This document shows, piece after piece, positions 9,810 through 18,742 of a DNA stretch of 64,000 nucleotides. A program made the translations under genes and the position numbers. This DNA is from a virus. Its lineage: Duplodnaviria; Caudoviricetes. Below the pieces are notes generated by a model. That model did not search any database and had not been told where the DNA came from. It saw only the letters and a list, made by a program, of their open reading frames with translations. The stretch covers positions 1 to 64,000 of the IMG/VR virus record IMGVR_UViG_3300016672_000090; one strand, 5' to 3'. Position 1 is the stretch's first letter; each line of letters begins with the position of its first letter.

Positions 9810-10088
9810 TCATACCGCCGGCCTTATCACCGGCCCCCACTCGACATGCCGCGTCCGGCCGGTATAGCCACACTCCCGACACCCACCGTTACCGCACCCA
9901 CAACCACCCATTTCACAGCCACAGCAGCAGCCTGAGCAGCGCATGGTGAAACGGCCCTGTTCCTGCACCTGGCCGCCCTCGATCAGGTAATGCTTGCGAC
10001 GATCAAGGCGGAACCCGGCCAGCTTCTCGGCTTCCTCATAGGTGGCCAGCGTCATGGCGTTGTCTGCATAGCGGTAAACGTTACGCAT
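9810..10088 (-). CDS. Small Cys-rich metal-binding protein
   Basis: CSGCCCGCEMGGCGCGNGGCRECG. Confidence 0.6.
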   Translation of the reverse strand: MRNVYRYADNAMTLATYEEAEKLAGFRLDRRKHYLIEGGQVQEQGRFTMRCSGCCCGCEMGGCGCGNGGCRECGYTGRTRHVEWGPVIRPAV

Positions 10089-10587
10089 GGCCTGTCGCCT
10101 TGGCCGCCTTGGCGTGACCTACGCACACCCTGGTCGGCTCGCTTTGTTCATCCAGGTACGCGTGACACATGAACCCTTTGTGGTCGTGGGCCACGTACTC
10201 CGCGTCACTCGTGGCAATAGGGGATTGATTGGCCATCGAGCCAAGTCGATACGCACAGCCGTAACACGCTCCCGCCGGGTCGCACTTGCTGGCGATAAGC
10301 ACGCCCTGGCACGCCCCAATGATGGTTGGCAGGTTCACGCTGTCGAATCTGTCAGGGTGGACGCCACACTCTTCGATAAGCACCTGGTCACTCATCGCCC
10401 CACAGTTTTCAGCGACAGAGTTGGCCATGCCGATGAACTGAGCCAGCATTTCCACCAGCCGGCCCGCCCCTTCCGTCGCCAGAACCGCGCCCACCATGTC
10501 TCTACGCGTCTCAAGGTCGTATTGGCTCATCCCGGCGATCAGCAAAGCATCATCGGGGCTCATGCTGTATTCGCAATTGACTGTCAT
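10081..10587 (-). CDS. Hypothetical Cys/His-rich protein
   Basis: ATG 10587 coupled to the upstream stop; C..C.CAYR...FMCH...C.GH. Confidence 0.6.
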   Translation of the reverse strand: MTVNCEYSMSPDDALLIAGMSQYDLETRRDMVGAVLATEGAGRLVEMLAQFIGMANSVAENCGAMSDQVLIEECGVHPDRFDSVNLPTIIGACQGVLIASKCDPAGACYGCAYRLGSMANQSPIATSDAEYVAHDHKGFMCHAYLDEQSEPTRVCVGHAKAAKATGHA

Positions 10588-11015
10588 GGCAGCACCAGCA
10601 GTGCAGGGACTTTGACGATATCGCCCAGTTCCCAGGCGACAATGGCGCGACAAACCGCAATCAGCCGGGTTTCGCCCGTCATACACTCAGAAATATCAAT
10701 ATCACCGCTTACGGTGTCGTGCGGAGCATGCCGGATAACAGCGCCAATGCACGGTTTCTGATTCCACTGGGGATCACGCTCGTAAAACGCTTGCTCACCG
10801 AAACGGATAATCTCCACGTTGTACTTGTCGATCAGCGGGCCGCCCTGGCTCCAGTCGCTCGAATACCGGCATGGACACCCGCCACCAACGCCAAAAATAA
10901 GCCCGCCCGGAACTATCGCTACCTGAGCGCCTTCCAGGTGCGCCACAACCCAATCCAGCGCAGCGTCCTTCAAGTCCTTGGTGGCAACGTCCACCAGTAC
11001 TGGCCCGAGATTCAT
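10584..11015 (-). CDS. NinX/DUF2591-family protein (copy 1)
   Basis: ALDWVVA...YSSDWSQGGPLIDK...TRLIAVCRAIVA..LGD.V.VP. Confidence 0.8.
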   Translation of the reverse strand: MNLGPVLVDVATKDLKDAALDWVVAHLEGAQVAIVPGGLIFGVGGGCPCRYSSDWSQGGPLIDKYNVEIIRFGEQAFYERDPQWNQKPCIGAVIRHAPHDTVSGDIDISECMTGETRLIAVCRAIVAWELGDIVKVPALLVLP

Positions 11016-11554
11016 GGCTTCACCGTCCCGCCAGCGGCCTCAATGAACAGGAATTCGACGCCAAATTCAGCTATGGCCAGCTCTGCGAGCCTGCGGGTGG
11101 CGGCAAAGTCTTGCTCTGTCACCTCACCAAAATAAAGAAGCGCCAAGGTGTACTTATGGCCCTCACTATCAGTGCAGTTACACAGCAGTCGGTTGATTCC
11201 AGGCTTGGCACTCTCCGAACTGAATGGCGGGGTCAGCTCTACCCAGGCCTGTGTCCCCGCTTCTCTGTAGAACGCAAATATACCGTTCGGTCGCACTGCC
11301 TCCGCGCCCTCTCTGGCCTTCTTGATTCGAAGCCACTTGTTCGCCGTGCTTAACACCCACAGACCATTGGCGCGCTGAATTCGTCCACCCTGGTACAGGC
11401 GCAGCGTAGCCATTTGAATCTGCTTAGCGGTGACGGTTCGGCCACGCTGGCATAGCTGAGCGAGAATTATGGAATTCGTGCCGCTCCCCGACTCGATAGC
11501 ATGCAGAACGTCATACTGGATAGTTTTAGGCGTTTCGATAAATGGGTACTTCAT
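11012..11554 (-). CDS. Hypothetical protein, possible N-terminal winged helix
   Basis: 180 aa ORF with coupled start and stop. Confidence 0.6.
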   Translation of the reverse strand: MKYPFIETPKTIQYDVLHAIESGSGTNSIILAQLCQRGRTVTAKQIQMATLRLYQGGRIQRANGLWVLSTANKWLRIKKAREGAEAVRPNGIFAFYREAGTQAWVELTPPFSSESAKPGINRLLCNCTDSEGHKYTLALLYFGEVTEQDFAATRRLAELAIAEFGVEFLFIEAAGGTVKP

Positions 11555-12045
11555 TGCGCCACCAACTCAGCCGGCACTTCTACGGCATCGCCCAGCTTGG
11601 CCAGCACCACAGCACGACACACAGCAATGCGCTTCGTGGCACCAGTGGCTAACTCACCGTTATGCGCTATCGCAAAGTACTGCTTGCCCTCGGGTACAGC
11701 GTCCCAGCCTGCGATAGGCTCGCCACAGTCACCCATGCGCTTGATATGGGCGTCTACCAGTTCACCAGCTTGATTCCAGTCAGAAGTAGGCCAGAAGGGC
11801 TTGTACGGCAGAGCCCGATATGTGGCGTGCATTACGCATGGAGCCCCCTTAAAGACTCTTGGCTCAGGATCTAGGGAGATACCTACCGCTTTCGCTACAG
11901 CCCAATCCAGCGCCAGCCCTTCAAGGTTCGTCGTCTCTACAACAGCTGTCTTGATGGCCAAGGCTGAGCTTACGGCAGTTATCGGCTTCTTCATAAAGTC
12001 CCTGATCATGTCAGAACTGATGTCTTTCATTGAGTCTCTGCTCAT
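11551..12045 (-). CDS. NinX/DUF2591-family protein (copy 2)
   Basis: LEGLALDWAVAKA...PTSDWNQAGELVD...IAVCRAVVLAKLGDAVEVPAEL. Confidence 0.8.
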   Translation of the reverse strand: MSRDSMKDISSDMIRDFMKKPITAVSSALAIKTAVVETTNLEGLALDWAVAKAVGISLDPEPRVFKGAPCVMHATYRALPYKPFWPTSDWNQAGELVDAHIKRMGDCGEPIAGWDAVPEGKQYFAIAHNGELATGATKRIAVCRAVVLAKLGDAVEVPAELVAQ

Positions 12046-13136
12046 TGCCCCCCCCCAACTTCCAGGGTCTTGCGGTAAGCCTCACCAGAGGCCACATCCT
12101 CAGCGGTCACGGTGTAAGCCTCAATGCTTTTGTTCAGGACGGTATAGAAATTCACGTCACAGGTGCGGTCTGCCCAAGCCTTAATCGGCTTCATTAAGCG
12201 CTCAAGCTCGGCTTCCTGCTCTTTGGAGGCATCGGGGAAGTTATCGGAAAACTCGCTGTTGTCGTCGTGTGCAGCGTTGGCCATGTGCTCAATCACTTCG
12301 CTAGCATCAGGCAGGAAGCTGCTGGCGCTACGACGGGATACCACCGCGCGTTGGATCACTGCACCCATAGGTAATTCGCGGTCGCTCACGAATGCAGCCA
12401 GCCCGTCGTCACACCAACGATCATCAGCCGGGCCCATGGCGTAACAATACTCGGTCGCCTGCTCAGCCTCTTTTGCGGACTTCTGAGCCATGATGGCGCC
12501 AGCAGCGTGCTGGACGTAGACCAACCTGCGCCAGATATGATCGGATGGTTTGGAGAATGTCGACTCCCACAGGTCGCTGGTGCGTAGCAGCTCTTCGCTT
12601 TCGCTCAGCAGATCAAAGGCCGGTACGATGTCGCGGCTGGTCCCCTCATCGAAACGCCCTACACGCTCAAGCAGAGAGGCCCACTCACCAAACGGCAAGT
12701 CCGCACCGTCTCCCTCTGCATCCTTCGCTTCCAGCCAGCCTATTAGGCTCTTGATATCCACTCCCCCTGGATATTCGACCTCTTCCTCATCCAGGGCATC
12801 ATAAATACAGTCCCGTACGGTATCGAGGATCGCGCCCAGGTCTATCCACTCTTCTTTGCAGGATGCCGACAGCTTCCCGTGTAGGTTGTGGTAGCCGGTA
12901 TTAGCGAGATACCCAAGGCCATAGCTAGCGTCGATATCGAAAGTCAGGTGCCCGATATCGCCAAACACCGCCGTGCCATAACGGGTCACACAGATATCGA
13001 ACGCCAGATTGTGGCTGCCGGGCTTCTGGCAGCGCCAAAGCTCTACGCCGTTCGCATTGGCCAATTCGGTGTAAACGTGGTCTTTCAGCCATTCGGCTAC
13101 ATCGACTTCCAGCTTGATACGTTGTTCGTCATTCAT
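12042..13136 (-). CDS. Conserved phage protein
   Basis: 364 aa; DHV.T...WRC.KPGS...FD.......V.GD.G motif. Confidence 0.7.
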   Translation of the reverse strand: MNDEQRIKLEVDVAEWLKDHVYTELANANGVELWRCQKPGSHNLAFDICVTRYGTAVFGDIGHLTFDIDASYGLGYLANTGYHNLHGKLSASCKEEWIDLGAILDTVRDCIYDALDEEEVEYPGGVDIKSLIGWLEAKDAEGDGADLPFGEWASLLERVGRFDEGTSRDIVPAFDLLSESEELLRTSDLWESTFSKPSDHIWRRLVYVQHAAGAIMAQKSAKEAEQATEYCYAMGPADDRWCDDGLAAFVSDRELPMGAVIQRAVVSRRSASSFLPDASEVIEHMANAAHDDNSEFSDNFPDASKEQEAELERLMKPIKAWADRTCDVNFYTVLNKSIEAYTVTAEDVASGEAYRKTLEVGGGQ

Positions 13137-13166
13137 GGTCGGGATTCCAGTTCGTGAAGTTAAACG

Positions 13167-13364
13167 TTATGCAGCCCAGCGCGTTCTGTATTGAACAATG
13201 TCCCGGACTGTCGATATCCCGCACCCATACAGCCGGGATAAGACGACATAGCCCCCACGCCCCGCGCTGTAGTCCGCACGCATAGCCTGTACCTGCTCGG
13301 TGGTCAGCTTGGCGCGCTGGTGACAGGCACCTACTCGGTGATTTGTGTGGTTGCGGGTAATCAT
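13167..13364 (-). CDS. Small HTH protein
   Basis: AKLTTEQVQAMR...LSRLYGCGISTVRDIV. Confidence 0.65.
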   Translation of the reverse strand: MITRNHTNHRVGACHQRAKLTTEQVQAMRADYSAGRGGYVVLSRLYGCGISTVRDIVQYRTRWAA

Positions 13365-14095
13365 TTCGGTAATGACTCAGCCCGTGGGCGCTTCTCTTTG
13401 ATGCCGACACCATCCACAGGCGCCAGCGTCGTGCCGGCGAACTCGTGCATGGAGCCGCTCTGAAATTCGCTTGATACTTCAAAGGGCTCGATCTGGTGCC
13501 ACGTCCAGCGCCCCTTAACGTCGCCTGTGAGCCATTCAGCCCAAGCCGGGGCATGGACCCATAGCGGCCGGGGTTTGACCTTGGAGCGTGGTTTGGCGTT
13601 GGCTGAGGTGGTTTTCTTCACAGCCTTACGCGGCAACAGCTTCGCCACCACCGGCAAACCCTGCGCAATGCTGTCAGCGCGCTCCCGCTCCCGAAGACCT
13701 TCCTCAAACCTGCGCGCTACAGTCGCGCCGCCCAAGTTGTCATGGGGGGATATGCCTCGACTGCAATGCGGACAGCTCGGCAGCATCGTTTTACTGCGCC
13801 AAACCGACTCGACCTTCTTGGCAGCCGTCAGGTGCAAGACTGCTGCGCGCTCTTCCTGCGCAGACGCCAGCGTGCGCTTTACCGTCTTCGCATGGCCCTC
13901 CCAAAAGCTCACGAGATAGCTGAGCGCCCAGTACGGGGATACTTGGACGTTACAGGCTCTACAGGTAACAACTTGGCCGGTATCGTCCAACTCTAATTGC
14001 TTGTGCTCACAACCTTCGCGAGCCCTGATATAACCCTGCTTTACCCTTGCAAGCCTAAGCTCGCCTATCTCTACGACATTATCTGTGTCCGACAT
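13361..14095 (-). CDS. Zn-finger hypothetical protein
   Basis: CEH...CRAC and CPHC motifs; 244 aa. Confidence 0.65.
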   Translation of the reverse strand: MSDTDNVVEIGELRLARVKQGYIRAREGCEHKQLELDDTGQVVTCRACNVQVSPYWALSYLVSFWEGHAKTVKRTLASAQEERAAVLHLTAAKKVESVWRSKTMLPSCPHCSRGISPHDNLGGATVARRFEEGLRERERADSIAQGLPVVAKLLPRKAVKKTTSANAKPRSKVKPRPLWVHAPAWAEWLTGDVKGRWTWHQIEPFEVSSEFQSGSMHEFAGTTLAPVDGVGIKEKRPRAESLPK

Positions 14096-14259
14096 ACCCT
14101 TGTACCTGGCTGGCTATTCCTGACTTGGCGCCACTATACACACCCCACAAATATCAATACATCATTTTTATGTATTTATGAGAATGGAGCCCACAAAAAA
14201 GCCCCGCCACTAGATCCCAGTGCGAGGCTTTTTAGTATTCAGACTGTTCGGCCAGTGGA

Positions 14260-14937
14260 TCAAAAAGACTCATCAGATCCTTGTCGCAACTCTTCGCGTT
14301 CTGCCTGCTCCGTGGCAAGCCGGGTGTTCAAGTTGGGGAGGTCAAACCGAAGGACCAGATTAGTAGATTCCTTGTCGCTAAAAACTCTCAGGATAGCGCG
14401 TCTTACGTCCTCCGGAGCGCCAGCTAAGATCGCATCGGAATCCCTAAAACCTGCGGCTGTAGGCACTTCAAGGTAGGTGTAACTAATATCGCCAGAGGCT
14501 AGCGCGGCACTCTCAAAAGCCCGGAACTGACTCAAATAGTCGGCTTCGTCTTTTGCCGTGACGTTAAGCGCCACCATGTCAATAAATGACTTCTCGTTAC
14601 CCATCGAAATCATGTTGAATGACTTTGAAAGCGCCTCGGACAGCTTGGGGCTCATTTCAATCTTGTAGGGGGCTGTAAGCGCCATCTTGTCGAGGCGACC
14701 TTCCCAAAAGAAAAGGATAACCCCGAACTTCTCACCGATGAAGTCGAAGTTATCAGTGCACCGGGCCGTGTATTCAGCAGTCGAACAGTCGTAATAACCA
14801 GCCGAACGAGTGTACTTATCGATGGAAGTCCCGTTGGCGTAGTCCTTGAAAAGGCTCACGCCAGCAGATGCGCTTTGAATGCCGCCCAGCAGGCAAAGGC
14901 CAGCGGTAAGCGCAAGGGGGATCAGCTTTTTAGACAT
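14260..14937 (-). CDS. Exported protein (moron-like)
   Basis: Signal peptide MSKKLIPLALTAGLCLLGGIQSASA; own promoter; hairpins on both sides. Confidence 0.75.
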   Translation of the reverse strand: MSKKLIPLALTAGLCLLGGIQSASAGVSLFKDYANGTSIDKYTRSAGYYDCSTAEYTARCTDNFDFIGEKFGVILFFWEGRLDKMALTAPYKIEMSPKLSEALSKSFNMISMGNEKSFIDMVALNVTAKDEADYLSQFRAFESAALASGDISYTYLEVPTAAGFRDSDAILAGAPEDVRRAILRVFSDKESTNLVLRFDLPNLNTRLATEQAEREELRQGSDESF

Positions 14938-14983
14938 CAAAAGTGAATTCTCTTTCTGTTTGGTTTCCGTACGTCCCTACACG

Positions 14984-15012
14984 ATACTATGAAAGAGATT
15001 TAGAGGCCTCAA
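14984..15012 (-). promoter_or_regulatory. sigma70-like promoter of the moron
   Basis: TTGAGG-N17-TAGTAT on the minus strand. Confidence 0.55.
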
Positions 15013-15045
15013 GGCCCGTCTTTACACCTGGCGGCAAGACGGGCT

Positions 15046-15093
15046 TTAGGCTGTAGAGTTAAAGCGCCTTAACTCTATAACTACTTAGCGCTG
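15046..15093. repeat. Phased octamer array
   Basis: ttaggctg tagagtta aagcgcct taactcta taactact tagcgctg. Confidence 0.7.
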
Positions 15094-15449
15094 CCATAGC
15101 CATCCGTAAGCGCCATCTGGATCCGTGAAATAAGCCCCTCTACGTCGTCACGATCCCACACAGCGAAAAGCTGACCAGCATCAAACAGGCCATCACGGTT
15201 CTGAGTATTGAAGTGCAGGGCGAAAGAAGTCCCTTCAAGCACGGCAGCTTCCTTTATGTCGATACACTCTTGCGAGTCGCTGCAATCAACCTCATCCGTC
15301 AGGCTCACATAACGGAAGTCTTTCAGTTCACCACGGATAGCGATTGAATCGCACTTGACCATCGGCTCCCGGATTATGCTCGGGTCGTACTTGGCGAATA
15401 CAGTGCCCTCGGGCATGGCCAGGAACGTCTGGCGATCAACGATCCTCAT
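15081..15449 (-). CDS. Conserved phage protein
   Basis: MRIVDRQTFLAMPEGTVFAKY...LFAVWDRDDV. Confidence 0.7.
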   Translation of the reverse strand: MRIVDRQTFLAMPEGTVFAKYDPSIIREPMVKCDSIAIRGELKDFRYVSLTDEVDCSDSQECIDIKEAAVLEGTSFALHFNTQNRDGLFDAGQLFAVWDRDDVEGLISRIQMALTDGYGSAK

Positions 15450-15937
15450 GGCTTTACCCCCGAATAGGCCGTGTGGATCTTATCGGCCTGATCCTGAGAG
15501 ACAACGACAACCGTTGGCGGCAGCCCTCGTTGCTTAATTGCCAGCAGTTCAGATAATGCCTGCTCGTTATGTTCCGCCAGCATAATAACCATCATTTCAA
15601 GAGCATCCTCGTAAAGGACGCCAGGCTCACGCTGCATATCCAAGCAACCCTTCACAATAGGATTGGTCAGCGCCAGGTACTTTATTTTCTCTTGTCGACT
15701 CTTTGGGGCTACTGCCCAGCGGGCAATTAGCTCATTGGGGTCAAGCTCAGTGGGTCGGAGCGCTTGACGCTCAGCCGCCTTAAATTCGTCCTTAGTGGCT
15801 TTCCGGGACGAAACCCACATGCCATCAGGATGCTTGAAGAACACCCAGCCGTAATGCCCGTTCTTCGGATCAATCATCACCGCGTGAGTGCCGTTTGCAG
15901 TAGGCACCATGCCCGGAATAGCTTCGTTCGTGTTCAA
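15446..15937 (-). CDS. Hypothetical protein
   Basis: 163 aa coupled ORF. Confidence 0.6.
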   Translation of the reverse strand: MNTNEAIPGMVPTANGTHAVMIDPKNGHYGWVFFKHPDGMWVSSRKATKDEFKAAERQALRPTELDPNELIARWAVAPKSRQEKIKYLALTNPIVKGCLDMQREPGVLYEDALEMMVIMLAEHNEQALSELLAIKQRGLPPTVVVVSQDQADKIHTAYSGVKP

Positions 15938-16653
15938 GACTTCACCTCTGGCGCTTTAACCTTGATATTCACCTTCTCGCAGGCCTGGACGAAAGCCGCC
16001 TGCAACTCTCTGACGATATGCGCCTGGTACCCGGCGAACGATGGAAGCTCTACGGTGCGTGGCTCTGGCGCTGTCTCTTGCGGCATAGGAACCCAGCCTA
16101 CAGGCTCGCCACCGCCATTAATCGAGTAGGTTTTGTCGGTACCGCTCCACACCTTAAATTCGCCATCCGAAAACCAGTACTCTGCCCACGCGTGCCCGAC
16201 CGGGCGGTATTCACCATGGCCAAACCCTCCTAATAAGGACGGGCGCGGATCGCGAACGTAATGAGTGACGATGTACTTCACCAATATGTGTGTGCCATCG
16301 CGCGGAGCCGTCTCCATAGGCCGCATTCCAGCCGGCTGGTCTTGGCACTGGGCAGCAGACACCAGATGGCGAAGCGTCTTCACCTCGTTGCAGCCGTTGT
16401 CGTGGCTATTCAGGTACCGGCCCGCACGACGTAGCGCGGTGTCGCTTGGCGGCGCGTCGCCTTCCTCGCCGGGCGTCTGGAACGGTGCCAGGGCTGCAAG
16501 GATCTTCGGTAGGCTGTGCGTCAGCAAGCGCATGTTGCAAACGTCATCGTTCAAGTCTGTGACGGCATCCAGCAGGTTCAATACCGGCTCAGATGGGCAT
16601 CCGTAGCGGTCCAACTGATCGACGATATCGGTAAATCGTTCGTTGCTACTCAT
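15934..16653 (-). CDS. Hypothetical protein with TAPRDGT (DUF551-like) segment
   Basis: MRPMETAPRDGTHIL...PVGWVPMP. Confidence 0.65.
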   Translation of the reverse strand: MSSNERFTDIVDQLDRYGCPSEPVLNLLDAVTDLNDDVCNMRLLTHSLPKILAALAPFQTPGEEGDAPPSDTALRRAGRYLNSHDNGCNEVKTLRHLVSAAQCQDQPAGMRPMETAPRDGTHILVKYIVTHYVRDPRPSLLGGFGHGEYRPVGHAWAEYWFSDGEFKVWSGTDKTYSINGGGEPVGWVPMPQETAPEPRTVELPSFAGYQAHIVRELQAAFVQACEKVNIKVKAPEVKS

Positions 16654-16954
16654 CGCTGTTACCTATGCGGCTGATCGACATAATGCCTACAGACCAAAGG
16701 TCGGCGCGCCGCTCTATTTCATGTTCCAACGCTTCGATTTCCTTCGCTGTCGGCTCTCCATTGAAGGTTTCGATGCAGCGCCCAGTCCCGCGCGCATGGG
16801 TATAGCCGATCAAGTAGGTTTGCTTAACCTGCTCAGTGATCGGTTTCGCGATAATAGCCCGCAGCTCGTTCTTATCCATCCATGTAACGCTACCCCATTG
16901 GGCGATACGCTCCAGCAACTCACGCGGCACACCGTCAATCGTTGTTATGGTCAT
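16646..16954 (-). CDS. Hypothetical protein
   Basis: MTITTIDGVPRELLERI, typical of Pseudomonas phage ORFs. Confidence 0.6.
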   Translation of the reverse strand: MTITTIDGVPRELLERIAQWGSVTWMDKNELRAIIAKPITEQVKQTYLIGYTHARGTGRCIETFNGEPTAKEIEALEHEIERRADLWSVGIMSISRIGNSDE

Positions 16955-16981
16955 TTCATCATCCTCGTCAGTCCGTGAGTA

Positions 16982-17021
16982 TAGCGCCAAGACACTTTAA
17001 CGCTTTGACTGTTAAACGCCA
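16982..17021. repeat. Phased octamer array
   Basis: tagcgcca agacactt taacgctt tgactgtt aaacgcca. Confidence 0.65.
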
Positions 17022-17070
17022 ATTATCTGCGGGGCTCATCGCCAGTACTCCGTAGTCGCCTCACAAGATC

Positions 17071-17292
17071 CTAAATCTGCTCCCGCATATAACCCATGTT
17101 GGTTTGAGCAGCTATCAGCTCTGTCTCTAACTGGACATTACGAAAGCGGATTTTCTGGCAGATGTTAACCACGCGAACAACACTTGAGCGCTCCGGCTCA
17201 TCGAAGCTATCCGCAACGTCCAACCTGTTCTCAAGCCGGACCAAGATGTCCGCAGGGATTTCAAACGCTTCGTCAGAAGTAAACCAGGACAC
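17071..17292 (-). CDS. Small protein under a LexA box
   Basis: GTG start with SD AGGGGG; SOS box 16 bp upstream. Confidence 0.65.
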   Translation of the reverse strand: MSWFTSDEAFEIPADILVRLENRLDVADSFDEPERSSVVRVVNICQKIRFRNVQLETELIAAQTNMGYMREQI

Positions 17293-17307
17293 AGCAGCCC
17301 CCTAACA

Positions 17308-17323
17308 CTGTATAAAAACACAG
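17308..17323. promoter_or_regulatory. LexA (SOS) box
   Basis: CTGT-ATAAAAAC-ACAG matches the gammaproteobacterial CTGT-N8-ACAG consensus with an AT-rich spacer; intergenic. Confidence 0.8.
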
Positions 17324-17474
17324 GATGCAGAATTGTGAGGATCTTGCCTACCCAGCAGCCACGCCGACCTGATTAACGGCTCATGAGCGCGCCGGCGGTA
17401 ACCATATTTCGCTTATCTCAGCGGGTTTTTGGTTATGTCTCCCTTAAATGGAGAACAACCAATGAGAGGCAGCT

Positions 17475-17594
17475 ATGGCGACCAGAAGAATCAAGACAGC
17501 AGTACAGTGGATAGCTGAGCAAATTGCCCGAGAGGCCATTAGGACGCTCGGGCACAGGCTCTATGAGGCGCTGCGTGATGCATTGGGCTCATAA
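17475..17594 (+). CDS. 39 aa amphipathic peptide, candidate type I toxin
   Basis: My translation MATRRIKTAVQWIAEQIAREAIRTLGHRLYEALRDALGS; SD gagagg; opposite strand to neighbours. Confidence 0.45.
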   Translation: MATRRIKTAVQWIAEQIAREAIRTLGHRLYEALRDALGS

Positions 17595-17699
17595 CAACCT
17601 ACATGCTCAGGAGCTGCCTTTACGGCTGCTTTGGGCTTGGTAGCAGACTCGGGCATATCTGGAGAGGTGATCGTCATCAGGAATTACGTTACTCATTCG

Positions 17700-18533
17700 C
17701 TACTCGCCTTCATTGGCAAGTTTGTTGAGGCGCTGGAAAGACGTGCCAGGGATTCCGTGCTGGCGCTCGCTTACAGCCTCAGCCGCTTGTACGGGCAACC
17801 CAAGGTAAACCGGAAGACAGAACAGGCTTTCCTCTACCCAAGCAATTGCACCAGTCTGCTGATCCTGAGCATCGCGGAAATGCTCATGTAGAAAGCCGAC
17901 CGGCTGGAGCTGGATTTTAGCGCCCACACTATATGACTCAGCAAGTTCGGCGCGAAGGCTGGATATCAGGTTCTTTTGCCGCTCGATAACTTCGGCATGA
18001 CGCTGCTCTAGGGCGTCATAACGATCACCGAGCTTGTTGAATTCTTCTCGCTTATCAGACAGCGATTCCCGTATCTCCGTCTCGCTCCGCTGTAGCTTTT
18101 CCATTGCACGGTTGAATGTGTTCGCGTCATCCTCGCGGTCAACTCTTAATTGAGCCTCACGGGTCAGTGCAGCGTCGTAATGCACCTCAGACACGTAATT
18201 CACATCGTGTTCTTTTCCGCCCGCGAAACGCAGTTCGGCTATTGACCAGCGTTTAATGGCGGTCATGTTAGGTAGTGCTATCGGATCTTTGGCAGGCGCG
18301 ACGGCCACGGTAAGTGACTCCACCAGCGCATCGACCTTATTTACAGCACGGTCGTACTCGCCCTTTACAGCGCCCAGCTCGTCCCGCAGTACATTAACGG
18401 CGGCGTCATGATCAGAGCCCGATACATACTGGCCCTGAGGCGCAAAGTGTTCAGACGCTCGATTCATTGGGATCAGTGATTCACGGTCATAGACCGGATC
18501 GACTGTGTAGGTGTAGCGCCGTACTTCGCTCAT
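17700..18533 (-). CDS. Coiled-coil phage protein
   Basis: 277 aa with long heptad-like helices. Confidence 0.65.
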   Translation of the reverse strand: MSEVRRYTYTVDPVYDRESLIPMNRASEHFAPQGQYVSGSDHDAAVNVLRDELGAVKGEYDRAVNKVDALVESLTVAVAPAKDPIALPNMTAIKRWSIAELRFAGGKEHDVNYVSEVHYDAALTREAQLRVDREDDANTFNRAMEKLQRSETEIRESLSDKREEFNKLGDRYDALEQRHAEVIERQKNLISSLRAELAESYSVGAKIQLQPVGFLHEHFRDAQDQQTGAIAWVEESLFCLPVYLGLPVQAAEAVSERQHGIPGTSFQRLNKLANEGE

Positions 18534-18742
18534 AGGTGCAATCTCACTTTGATATCGTTGTACTGGTCAGCGCTGAGCTTGTTGCTGTTCAGGGCTTCAC
18601 GTAGGAGCGTTTGCGCGGCTGACAGATGCTTCTTACTGCCAGCGCCGGCAAACCGCTCCACGATGCGCTCAAGCTCGCCACGGGATGCGAAGGTGATGCC
18701 GTTCGACTCCCATGGGAAAGCGCGGTTCGTGGAGGCGCCCAT
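18530..18742 (-). CDS. Hypothetical protein
   Basis: 70 aa ORF coupled to yejK. Confidence 0.55.
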   Translation of the reverse strand: MGASTNRAFPWESNGITFASRGELERIVERFAGAGSKKHLSAAQTLLREALNSNKLSADQYNDIKVRLHL

